Below, piece after piece: positions 1 to 8,060 of a stretch of 28,779 nt of DNA; within the stretch, counting starts at the first letter, position 1, and each line of letters starts with the position of its first letter. The stretch is from positions 1 through 28,779 of the IMG/VR virus record IMGVR_UViG_3300033067_001061, one strand, 5' to 3'. The notes under the pieces are model-generated. The model was given only the letters and a program-made list of their open reading frames with translations, searched no databases and was not told where the DNA came from. The DNA is from a virus. Lineage: Duplodnaviria > Caudoviricetes. Made by a program: the position numbers and the translations under genes.

Positions 1-56
1 TGGCACAAGGCATTGCACCTAACTACTGGCTAACCGCAACTGACTATAAAAAATGA
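1..56 (+). CDS. Probable 3' end of a gene truncated by the window edge (...AQGIAPNYWLTATDYKK*)
   Basis: Open frame from the window edge to TGA at 54-56, followed by an AT-rich spacer and the next ATG. Confidence 0.45.
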   Translation, partial: AQGIAPNYWLTATDYKK

Positions 57-83
57 CTGATAATCAATTAAATAACTTTAATT

Positions 84-317
84 ATGAAAGTTTGCGGAAT
101 ATGTTTTAAAAATAGTTTACTTGATAAAAAGAAATTTACTCTTAAGAGAAACATTAAAAAGTTTTTTAAATTAGAAGAAGTTTGTATTGAATGTATGGAA
201 GAGTTAGAAAATAAATCTTCTGTTTTAATGAAAGAATATTCTAAATTTAAGAATAAAGGTATTTATTTATCTCAAGGTAAAATGACTTTAGTAAAAAGTA
301 GTCATTACACAGGATGA
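84..317 (+). CDS. Small hypothetical protein, possible zinc finger
   Basis: Two CxxC pairs (CGIC, CIEC); A-rich start context. Confidence 0.6.
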   Translation: MKVCGICFKNSLLDKKKFTLKRNIKKFFKLEEVCIECMEELENKSSVLMKEYSKFKNKGIYLSQGKMTLVKSSHYTG

Positions 318-338
318 AGTTTTTTAGATTAGTAATTG

Positions 339-721
339 GGGCCTGCCAGGTTTTGAATCGTTTGATTAATAATTAACAAGCAAGTAACGCATTGTCTAAT
401 AGTATCAGCGTTTAATAAATTATCAGATAACCGAGTATTTGGCAACAAAGACTCAAGCCTTGGATCTATCCAAGACCTTAAGTACGCTCTAGCTAACAAT
501 ATGTTAGCAAAGACACAAGTTGAGGAACTTGTGGCTGCTTAACGGTAGATAACTACCTTAACTCCCAAATTCAACTTATGGTTATTAGGAGGATAATCAA
601 TTAGAACATAAGTGTTGTCAGTACAACTGAATATCCTGTATTAGGAGAAAAATAAATACTAAACTTGTAGAAAATTAATTAATAACTTATGATAACGAGG
701 GTTCGATTCCCTCCAGGTCCA
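339..721 (+). ncRNA. ssrA: tmRNA, phage-encoded
   Basis: Acceptor stem GGGCCTG (339-345) pairs with CAGGTCC (714-720), including the G3:U alanine identity pair, with discriminator A721. T-arm GAGGG-TTCGATT-CCCTC. GGTTTTGA follows the 5' stem. Internal tag frame ends ...ELVAA-TAA (stop 540-542). CCA is not encoded (ACTA). Confidence 0.93.
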
Positions 722-728
722 CTATTGT

Positions 729-829
729 AAATAGAGAGTGAAAAAAAGGCTTAATAGAGTCTATAGTTTCATAAGTGCTCTCTAACCTTGTCGTTTAGGT
801 TTTCATTCACTTATGAGACATCTATTTTT
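729..829 (+). promoter_or_regulatory. Structured intergenic RNA element or possible terminator downstream of the tmRNA
   Basis: 12-bp stem GTTTCATAAGTG (766-777) / CACTTATGAGAC (808-819) with an inner AACCT/AGGTT hairpin and a T-run shortly after. An alternative pairing joins 732-740 with 776-784. Confidence 0.45.
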
Positions 830-850
830 AACATTTAAAACAAATAAACT

Positions 851-1066
851 ATGCAAAACAAATATGAATTTAAAGTAGGTGATTTAGTAGAAAGATATAA
901 AGGTGGTCCTAATGCAGGTAAACAAATTTATGAGCCTTTTGTTATTTCAAGGATTGTATCAGGGTTTCGAATTTTATTCGACGACAACGGTAGAGGGCAT
1001 TATTATGAGAATCTAAGACTAGTTACATCTAAATCAGAAATTAATAACGATTATAATATATTTTAA
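851..1066 (+). CDS. Small hypothetical protein with KOW/SH3-like start (FKVGDLV); C-terminus INNDYNIF
   Basis: ORF track; start context AACTATG; tail motif shared with the next two genes. Confidence 0.75.
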   Translation: MQNKYEFKVGDLVERYKGGPNAGKQIYEPFVISRIVSGFRILFDDNGRGHYYENLRLVTSKSEINNDYNIF

Positions 1067-1361
1067 CTATGACAAAACAAGAATTTCAAAGAATATTAAA
1101 TGAAGTAAAAACAGGAACAAGATATGAAGCTAACCTAATGAAAGGTGTTTATATTGAAGGTAAGATATATATGAGTAAAACTAAATTTTATTTATGTCAT
1201 AATTCACCAGAGGCTTCTGGTAGTATAGCTCCAGATAGATTAGGATATAAAAGATCATGGGTAGTAAGCGATACTAATTGTAGTAGTACTTTAAAATCCA
1301 TTAAGATATTTGAAAACAATTATGAAATTATAAATAATTATTCAATATTTTAACTATGACA
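1058..1361 (+). repeat. Identical 17-nt gene-junction direct repeat ATATTTTAACTATGACA at 1058-1074 and 1345-1361
   Basis: Read directly. Each copy spans the last codons, the stop, a 2-nt spacer and the next start codon. Confidence 0.8.
1069..1353 (+). CDS. Small hypothetical protein; C-terminus IINNYSIF
   Basis: ORF track; starts 2 nt after the previous stop. Confidence 0.75.
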   Translation: MTKQEFQRILNEVKTGTRYEANLMKGVYIEGKIYMSKTKFYLCHNSPEASGSIAPDRLGYKRSWVVSDTNCSSTLKSIKIFENNYEIINNYSIF

Positions 1362-1583
1362 TTAGAAGAAGCACAAAGTTTAGGACCAGATGATATTATT
1401 GAAGTGGCTAATACAAAATCAAATAGAATATTAAATGACTGTCATGTTAATCATAGTAATTTACTTTGGAGTGAAAAGAAAAATGATGGTTCTATTAGTA
1501 AAGGGCATAGTTGGCCATATAGAGATATCAACTTAATCAAAAAAGTATATAATGGTATTAATAATAACTATTCAATTTTTTAA
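1356..1583 (+). CDS. Small hypothetical protein; C-terminus INNNYSIF
   Basis: ORF track; starts 2 nt after the previous stop. Confidence 0.75.
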   Translation: MTLEEAQSLGPDDIIEVANTKSNRILNDCHVNHSNLLWSEKKNDGSISKGHSWPYRDINLIKKVYNGINNNYSIF

Positions 1584-1609
1584 TTAATAAACAATAAACA
1601 ATAAATAAT

Positions 1610-2044
1610 ATGAGTAACAAAGAAAACTTACCAATGCAAAACATTCCAGATGTTTTAACAAAAATTGATCAAAAATTAGCTGACCTTAAGAAAGTAACTG
1701 ATAGTGTATATAAAACATCAGGAGCTTTAGGGAATGGGTTTGGTGATATTAAAACTGAAATGAAAATTCAAAATTTAATTGGTCTTTATTCATCTATCTG
1801 TGCTAAAGAAAAAGCATATGAGCAAGCAGCTAAAGATTTAGAATTAAATCCATATCCTGAATTTTCAGTTAATGGATTTACATCATCTGATTGCAAAGAA
1901 GATATTAAACTGCGTATTAATATCTTAAGTCATCAAGAACAATTGGACAAATTAAATAAAGCTAAAGAATTAGTATCTAAATTCTTAAGTGAAGAAGATC
2001 AGAAGCGTATTGCTTTAGAACAACTTAAAGATATTTTAGGTTAA
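1610..2044 (+). CDS. Hypothetical helical/coiled-coil protein
   Basis: 144-aa ORF with an A-rich leader, followed by a terminator. Confidence 0.8.
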   Translation: MSNKENLPMQNIPDVLTKIDQKLADLKKVTDSVYKTSGALGNGFGDIKTEMKIQNLIGLYSSICAKEKAYEQAAKDLELNPYPEFSVNGFTSSDCKEDIKLRINILSHQEQLDKLNKAKELVSKFLSEEDQKRIALEQLKDILG

Positions 2045-2054
2045 TAATAAAAAT

Positions 2055-2081
2055 AGGAGAGATGTAACAGTCTCTCCTTTT
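2055..2081 (+). terminator. Intrinsic terminator
   Basis: AGGAGAGA (2055-2062) / TCTCTCCT (2071-2078) stem followed by a short T-run. Confidence 0.7.
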
Positions 2082-2093
2082 AAATAAAATATA

Positions 2094-2393
2094 ATGACTA
2101 AAAACAAATTTGGAGTAGATAAGAAAAGATTATTAAATGATAAGCAATATGCTGCATTTAATAAGTTTTACGATGAATATAAGGATTTATCCTTAGAAGA
2201 ATTAAAGACTACATGGGCAGGATTTAAGAATCCTCCAGGTGGAGTTAAAAAGATGGCTTTGTTACAATTAGCTAATGATAAGATGGCTGCTATTAGAGAG
2301 CAGACTATGAAAGAAGCGGCTGAAGCTATAGAGCCTATTAGAGAAGAAATTAAACAAGAAAAAGATGCAGAACAATCAGATATGGGTGTATGA
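2094..2393 (+). CDS. Hypothetical protein
   Basis: 99-aa ORF overlapping the polymerase start. Confidence 0.75.
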   Translation: MTKNKFGVDKKRLLNDKQYAAFNKFYDEYKDLSLEELKTTWAGFKNPPGGVKKMALLQLANDKMAAIREQTMKEAAEAIEPIREEIKQEKDAEQSDMGV

Positions 2394-4236
2394 TATTGAA
2401 ACTTTAGCATCTTGTTTTACATATACAGCCATTAATATAGATACACAAGAAATAGTTCAATATGCTATACATAAAGATAGAGATGATTCTGTTGAATTCT
2501 TAGAACATTTAGATCAAGATTGTAAAGGTCATATAGGATTTAACAATCTTAATTTTGATTATCCTATTATACATAAAATATTAATGGTTGCTCCTACTAA
2601 TACATTAGATATTATAGATTTAGCTTATAATGAAGCTCAACGTATTATACAAGATCAATCTCAATTTGGAACTTCTATTAAACAAACTGATATTAGAATA
2701 CCACAATTAGATTTATTTAGAATGTGGCATTTTAATAATAAAGCTCGTAGAACTAGTCTTAAAGCTTTACAAATAAGTATGAATTATCCTAATGTATTAG
2801 ATATGCCTATAGATCATACTAGAAATGATATAAGAGTAGAAGAAATTAAAGATATACTTGAGTATAATTTAAATGATGTTTTATCTACATATGAGTTTTA
2901 TAAATTATCTAAAGATAAAATAAAATTACGTAAGGATTTAAATATTAAATATAATTTAAATTGTATTAATTTTCCTGATAGTAAGATAGGTGAAGAGCTT
3001 GTTTTGAAGCTTTATAGTGAAACTATTGGTCAGGATAAATATGATATTAAACAATTAGGTACAACAAGAACTCAAATTGATTTAGGTAAGTGTATATTCG
3101 ATTATATATCATTCGAAACTCCTGAATTTAATAAAATATTAGATAAATTTAAAAATACTGTAATAATTGAAACTAAAGGTTCTATTGAAGAATCTGTTAT
3201 ATATAAAGGATTTAAATATGATTATGGTTCAGGAGGAATACATGGTTGTATTAAAGCAGGTGTATATGAATCTGATAATGACTATGTTATTATAGATGCA
3301 GATGTAGCATCACTTTATCCAAGTATAGCTGTAGTAAATAAGCTTTATCCTCAACACTTAGGTATAGAATTTTGTAATGTATATGAAGGTATACTTAAAC
3401 AACGTATAGAAGCTAAGAAAGCTGGTAATATGACACTATCAGATGGATTTAAGCTTAGCTTGAATAGTGTGTATGGTAAGAGTAATGATAAGTATAGTTT
3501 CTTATTAGATCCTGAATATACAATGAAAACTACATTAAATGGTCAATTAATGTTATCTATGTTAGCTGAAAAGCTAGTTACTAAAATAAATTCTATACAA
3601 ATGCTTCAGATAAATACTGATGGTTTAACTGTAAAAATACATAAAAAAGATTTAGACAATTACTATTGGATATGTAATGATTGGCAAAGTTATACAAACT
3701 TAAGTTTAGAATTTATTGAGTATTCTAAAATGATCATTAGAGACGTTAACAACTATTTCGCTGTTAAAACTGATGGTAAATGTAAGTATAAAGGTGCTTT
3801 TGAAATAGATAAGGAATTACATAAGGACAATTCATTTAGAATCATACCTTTAGCTTTGAGTGATTATTTTATTAAAGGTATATCAATAGAAGAGACTATT
3901 AAGAATCATAAGAATATATATGATTTTTGTGGTAGACAAAAGTTTACTAGTGAATCTTATGGGGAAACTCATGAATTAGCACATAAAAATGGACAAATCT
4001 ATAACAAGATAACTAAACAACAGAAGAATGTTAGATACTATATATCTGACAGTGGAGTTACTTTTGTTAAACAATACAGTAAAGGTAGTTCTGAATTTAT
4101 ACATAAAGGTTATAGAGTACATATATTCAATAAATATGAAAAGTTATCAAATTATCATATAGATTACCAATTTTACATTAAAGAATGTAATAAAGAGATT
4201 AATAATATTATAAATAAACAATTAGAATTATTTTAA
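2365..4236 (+). CDS. polB: DNA polymerase family B with 3'-5' exonuclease
   Basis: ExoI YDIE, ExoII FNNLNFD, ExoIII YNLND; motif A DVASLYP, motif B KLSLNSVYG, motif C NTDG; C-terminal QLELF. Confidence 0.95.
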   Translation: MQNNQIWVYDIETLASCFTYTAINIDTQEIVQYAIHKDRDDSVEFLEHLDQDCKGHIGFNNLNFDYPIIHKILMVAPTNTLDIIDLAYNEAQRIIQDQSQFGTSIKQTDIRIPQLDLFRMWHFNNKARRTSLKALQISMNYPNVLDMPIDHTRNDIRVEEIKDILEYNLNDVLSTYEFYKLSKDKIKLRKDLNIKYNLNCINFPDSKIGEELVLKLYSETIGQDKYDIKQLGTTRTQIDLGKCIFDYISFETPEFNKILDKFKNTVIIETKGSIEESVIYKGFKYDYGSGGIHGCIKAGVYESDNDYVIIDADVASLYPSIAVVNKLYPQHLGIEFCNVYEGILKQRIEAKKAGNMTLSDGFKLSLNSVYGKSNDKYSFLLDPEYTMKTTLNGQLMLSMLAEKLVTKINSIQMLQINTDGLTVKIHKKDLDNYYWICNDWQSYTNLSLEFIEYSKMIIRDVNNYFAVKTDGKCKYKGAFEIDKELHKDNSFRIIPLALSDYFIKGISIEETIKNHKNIYDFCGRQKFTSESYGETHELAHKNGQIYNKITKQQKNVRYYISDSGVTFVKQYSKGSSEFIHKGYRVHIFNKYEKLSNYHIDYQFYIKECNKEINNIINKQLELF

Positions 4237-4237
4237 A

Positions 4238-4855
4238 ATGAAAGTAGGAGATAAAGTTAGAGTATTAGGTATCTTTGGTGAAGAAAAGATATCTGAAGAA
4301 TATGTAGGTAAAATAGGAACTATAAGAAATATTGAGGATGGAGAAGATTATCCATATGATGTTACTTTTGCAGATTATGATAGTTCAAATTTTAATGAAG
4401 AAGAACTAGAAGTTATTAGTAAAGGTGGTTATCCACCTTTAGGAGCTATAGTTAAAGTTAATAATGATTATTATATTACTGACTTAAAAGGATTAACTGG
4501 TAAAGTAGTTACAAATGATGGAGGAGTTGCTTTTGCAGTAATGAATGATTTGAATGGTCTTCATAGTTTGTCAGGTTTATTAAGTAGTCCATCTGGTAGA
4601 TATTTTACTAATGATGATGTTGATATAGTTTACTATCCAGAATTAAATAAAAAACAAGAAAATATGAATGAAGAAATAGAAAGAGCAATTAGAGAAGGAG
4701 AACAAGCTATGAAATTAGCTAAAACTGAAGAATATGGTTTAAAATCAACGACTCTATCCTCATATATAGGAGATGTTAAACCTACATTAGGTAACTTAAG
4801 AAAAAGATTTAAGGTTGTAGGTTTCATATCTACCTCATTAAAAAGTACAATTTAA
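4238..4855 (+). CDS. Hypothetical protein with two KOW/SH3-like repeats and a helical tail
   Basis: KVGDKVRV...VGKIGTI and LGAIVKV...GLTGKV patterns; possible internal start at 4664. Confidence 0.7.
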   Translation: MKVGDKVRVLGIFGEEKISEEYVGKIGTIRNIEDGEDYPYDVTFADYDSSNFNEEELEVISKGGYPPLGAIVKVNNDYYITDLKGLTGKVVTNDGGVAFAVMNDLNGLHSLSGLLSSPSGRYFTNDDVDIVYYPELNKKQENMNEEIERAIREGEQAMKLAKTEEYGLKSTTLSSYIGDVKPTLGNLRKRFKVVGFISTSLKSTI

Positions 4856-4898
4856 TAAATAAAATCACCACACCTAAATAATATAAAAAACAAGAAAA

Positions 4899-5171
4899 AT
4901 GGCAGAGACCGTAAAATTGATTGATATCCTATCTAAGGATGAAAAAGAAGAGAAAAAAGCAGAATTAGCAATCGCTGTACAGCGTGCTTCATTACAAGTA
5001 GCTACAGACGAATTAACTGCTAAATCACGTTTAGCAGATGCTAATAATCGTTATAATAAAGCACTTAAAAGTTTACCATTTAATCCTGCTGCAGTGATTA
5101 ATGCTAAACGTGATATCGTTGATGCACAACAAGATATCAAAGATTTAGAAGAACTAAAAGGGTTGTTCTAG
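4899..5171 (+). CDS. Hypothetical coiled-coil protein
   Basis: 90-aa Ala/Lys/Glu-rich ORF followed by a terminator. Confidence 0.8.
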   Translation: MAETVKLIDILSKDEKEEKKAELAIAVQRASLQVATDELTAKSRLADANNRYNKALKSLPFNPAAVINAKRDIVDAQQDIKDLEELKGLF

Positions 5172-5178
5172 TAAATAT

Positions 5179-5202
5179 GGGCAGGGAAACCTGCCCTTTT
5201 TT
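5179..5202 (+). terminator. Intrinsic terminator
   Basis: GGGCAGG-GAAA-CCTGCCC: 7-bp GC-rich stem, GNRA loop, then TTTTTT. Confidence 0.88.
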
Positions 5203-5225
5203 AATAATAATAATAAAAGAAAGAT

Positions 5226-5474
5226 ATGTCAAGAAAGATAAAAGTAGTAAATCCAAGTACTAATCAACCAATGGATATTATGACAGATGTTACTACATGG
5301 GGAGCGTTAATTCCAGTATTAAATGCTAATGGAATTACAACTGCTAATATGAAGGGTATTGTAGCAGAAAATAAAAATTCACTAGAAGCTGAAGGAGCAT
5401 CATTACCAGAAGGTGATTTTACTTTGTATTTGTTTACTAGTAAAAATAAAGCTGGGAAAAATGTTAGATTATAA
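5226..5474 (+). CDS. Ubiquitin-like (beta-grasp) protein with near-terminal KAG and a short extension
   Basis: Beta-beta-alpha-beta pattern (RKIKVV, MDIMT, TTWGALIPVL helix, LPEGDFTLYL last strand), then KNKAG-KNVRL. Lies first in a cluster with E2-like, JAB and E1 genes. Confidence 0.72.
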   Translation: MSRKIKVVNPSTNQPMDIMTDVTTWGALIPVLNANGITTANMKGIVAENKNSLEAEGASLPEGDFTLYLFTSKNKAGKNVRL

Positions 5475-5670
5475 GAAAATATTAGCTTATAAGGTTTCTG
5501 ATCTTATTAAAGACTTGTTTGAAGCGGAAAAACCTCAAGAAGTGGTTGATGCTATTGATTGGCATACGGAAGCTTTAGAAGAAATTAGAGCAGAAATTCT
5601 GGAAGATGAAGATTCTTCATCAGAAGTAGAAACTGAATATGAAAAACTAAAAAGAGAGCTAGGTCAATAA
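5461..5670 (+). CDS. Small acidic helical protein (MLDYKK...ELGQ); may be the separated C-terminal extension of the Ubl
   Basis: ATG at 5461 is in the frame of track ORF 5413..5670 and overlaps the Ubl 3' end; 69 aa, Asp/Glu-rich. Confidence 0.65.
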   Translation: MLDYKKILAYKVSDLIKDLFEAEKPQEVVDAIDWHTEALEEIRAEILEDEDSSSEVETEYEKLKRELGQ

Positions 5671-5682
5671 CCTAGTTCTCTT
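5652..5682 (+). terminator. Hairpin over the stop codon (weak terminator or mRNA-stabilising stem)
   Basis: AAGAGAGCTAGGT (5652-5664) / ACCTAGTTCTCTT (5670-5682), 13 bp with one G-U; poor U-tract. Confidence 0.55.
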
Positions 5683-5698
5683 ATATTAAATATAAAAT

Positions 5699-6928
5699 AT
5701 GGATAAAATAAGAATAGGAATATATCAAAATCAATTGAGTCTATATGATGAAAATTCAAGTAATTTATATCAGATTACAGATATTAATATTGATAGTAAT
5801 ACTTTTGAATATTTAGATACTACATTTTCAATAACTGGGTTTGAAGATATTGATGTAAATGATGAACTGTTTAAAGAAGAAATATCAAAAATTAAGTTTT
5901 TATATTTTGAATATAGAGAATTAGAACAAAAAGCACAAGACGCTTCTAATAACTTTTATTGTCATGAGGTTTCTGAAACTGTTTTAAATAATATTAGACA
6001 ACTTAGACATAAACCATTAGTTTCAGCAGCTGATAATATATACAATCTTACTAAAAATGTATATGGTGAAAATGCTAAATTAGTTATCAATTATTCTGAA
6101 AATTCTTTTTCTATTTATATACTATATCCTGAAATAACAATTTCTAATAATATTGGACATAGTAGAGTATTAAAAGATATTGTTGTTCGCATTATTTTTC
6201 ATTATAGAGATAATAAATATGTAGTAAAAGATACTATTCATGGAACAAGGTTTACTATTGGTTCTATGGAGAATTCTTCTGACTATGTCCATTCTCATCT
6301 TCCTAAACGTAAAGATATAAATTTTAGTAAATTTTGTTTAGGTGCTACTGAAATAGCAGCTTTAAATATGGATTTATGTCTAAGTGATAAATATACAGAT
6401 ACTAAATATAATTTATTTTTGTATATGATAGATAACTATTTAAGACATGAGTCTCTTGAAGGAGTTCCATACATACCTTTATCACAAATTAAAGATAATA
6501 GTAATATCTATGAACTAAATGGGTCTATTATAGATAGTTTAAAAAAAGCTAGTCTTAAAGAGTTTAATGTATTATATAATGATTCTCTTTGTAAATTTAT
6601 AATTAAGAGAGATAAAGTTTTAGTAGATGAAATTATAAAACATTTATTATCAATAGGATATAAAAATAAAGATTTTATGGTTTATTTTAATAATGGATTA
6701 GAGTTTAAGATAGATTATAAAACAGCAGTTACTAATAGAAGATTAGTAATAAATAGTAGCGTAGAACCAATATGTTCTTTATTTAATATAATACCATCTT
6801 TATATGATGATTATGGTGATAGAGAAGCTTCTGAACAAACTTTGTCTAATAAAATATTAGATATTGTTTGTGAGAAATTAGAAAAAGAAATAAATAATTA
6901 TTATATTAATAAATATGCAAATAGTTGA
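5699..6928 (+). CDS. Putative prokaryotic E2-like (UBC-fold) conjugating protein
   Basis: Central beta-rich region (IYILYPEITI, DIVVRI) followed by YVHSHLP...FCLG, which resembles the E2 HPN/HPH-Cys active-site arrangement. Lies between the Ubl and JAB genes. Confidence 0.6.
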   Translation: MDKIRIGIYQNQLSLYDENSSNLYQITDINIDSNTFEYLDTTFSITGFEDIDVNDELFKEEISKIKFLYFEYRELEQKAQDASNNFYCHEVSETVLNNIRQLRHKPLVSAADNIYNLTKNVYGENAKLVINYSENSFSIYILYPEITISNNIGHSRVLKDIVVRIIFHYRDNKYVVKDTIHGTRFTIGSMENSSDYVHSHLPKRKDINFSKFCLGATEIAALNMDLCLSDKYTDTKYNLFLYMIDNYLRHESLEGVPYIPLSQIKDNSNIYELNGSIIDSLKKASLKEFNVLYNDSLCKFIIKRDKVLVDEIIKHLLSIGYKNKDFMVYFNNGLEFKIDYKTAVTNRRLVINSSVEPICSLFNIIPSLYDDYGDREASEQTLSNKILDIVCEKLEKEINNYYINKYANS

Positions 6929-8060
6929 ATTTAAAAGTAAATCTAAATTAATAATATCAAAAGAAGTATTAGCACAAGTTTCATATCTTCATCATAAAGT
7001 TGGAAATATAGAATGGAGTGGTTTGATATTTTATAAGATAGTATCTGGAGATATTACAGAACCATCTAGTCTAGTACTAAGATGTGAAAGATTATATCTT
7101 ATGGATATAGGTAGTGCAGCATATACAGAGTTTTCACCTGATTCAAGTATAATTGATTTTTATACTAAATATCCGGAAGCTGCAGATATGAAATGGGGAA
7201 TGCTCCATACACATCATGATATGAAGGCATTTTTTAGTGGAACAGATAATGATGAGCTGATATCTAATGCTGATGCACACAATTTCTATTTATCTCTGAT
7301 AGTTAATTTCTTAGATGGAGGTAATTTTTGTGCTAAAATAGGCATAATGGCTGAAATAGAAACTAAATATTCGTTTAAGAATGGTTTAGATTTTAAAGGA
7401 TTAAATGATCCTAAAAAACCAACAACTAAACAATTATTAACAATTAATTGTGAAATTGAATATGATGTTGACTCATTTGATGCAGATAGATATACAGCAA
7501 TCAAAACTAAGAAATTAGAGAAGTCATTTAAACACTCACAACAAGAATTGTCACCTGTGTACTCTTTTAATAAAGATAAACAGACAAGTTTTAATTTTGG
7601 TGAGGATTATAAGGATGTTAAATATATACCTAAAACACCTAAAGAAATTGAAGAGTATTTAGCAAAAGCTATATCATTAGATTATAATTGTAAAGATCCT
7701 TTAAAGATTGTTCTAGATAATTTACAGATAGAGGCTACTAAGTATGGAGAACAGTTTGATGATATATATGGTGATTCGTTTGATTATAATTTAGATGGTG
7801 CTTATTATACTGCATTTCAAACACCATTACTTACAGAGCATCATAATCAATTCTTTAGACAATGTATCTTATTTTTAGATAAATATAGAATGTCAGGATA
7901 TACTTTTTATGATCTTCTTATTAATGTACTTGAAATGTATGTTGATATTCAAGAAGTTCCTAAAAATAATAAGAAAACACATATATTTTCAGGTATTAAT
8001 AATAGTTTAGATAAACAAATAGAAAAATGGAACAACAAACAGAAGAAATCAAAAAAGTAG
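6915..8060 (+). CDS. JAB/MPN+ metalloprotease (Ubl-processing or deconjugating)
   Basis: Upstream Glu in EWSG and an exact H-x-H-x7-S-x2-D motif (HTHHDMKAFFSGTD). Confidence 0.9.
   Translation: MQIVEFKSKSKLIISKEVLAQVSYLHHKVGNIEWSGLIFYKIVSGDITEPSSLVLRCERLYLMDIGSAAYTEFSPDSSIIDFYTKYPEAADMKWGMLHTHHDMKAFFSGTDNDELISNADAHNFYLSLIVNFLDGGNFCAKIGIMAEIETKYSFKNGLDFKGLNDPKKPTTKQLLTINCEIEYDVDSFDADRYTAIKTKKLEKSFKHSQQELSPVYSFNKDKQTSFNFGEDYKDVKYIPKTPKEIEEYLAKAISLDYNCKDPLKIVLDNLQIEATKYGEQFDDIYGDSFDYNLDGAYYTAFQTPLLTEHHNQFFRQCILFLDKYRMSGYTFYDLLINVLEMYVDIQEVPKNNKKTHIFSGINNSLDKQIEKWNNKQKKSKK

Noticed and set aside
696-724. Stand-alone tRNA suggested by the GGTTCGATTCC T-arm
   Set aside because: The matching acceptor strand is about 380 nt upstream, with a tag frame in between; this is the tmRNA 3' end.
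1581-1609. Short tandem ATAAACA repeats and TAATAATAA runs in spacers
   Set aside because: Explained by A/T-rich translation-initiation regions in a low-GC genome.
5413-5460. Upstream start of track ORF 5413..5670
   Set aside because: It is a non-ATG start deep inside the Ubl gene; ATG 5461 with its A-rich context is more plausible.
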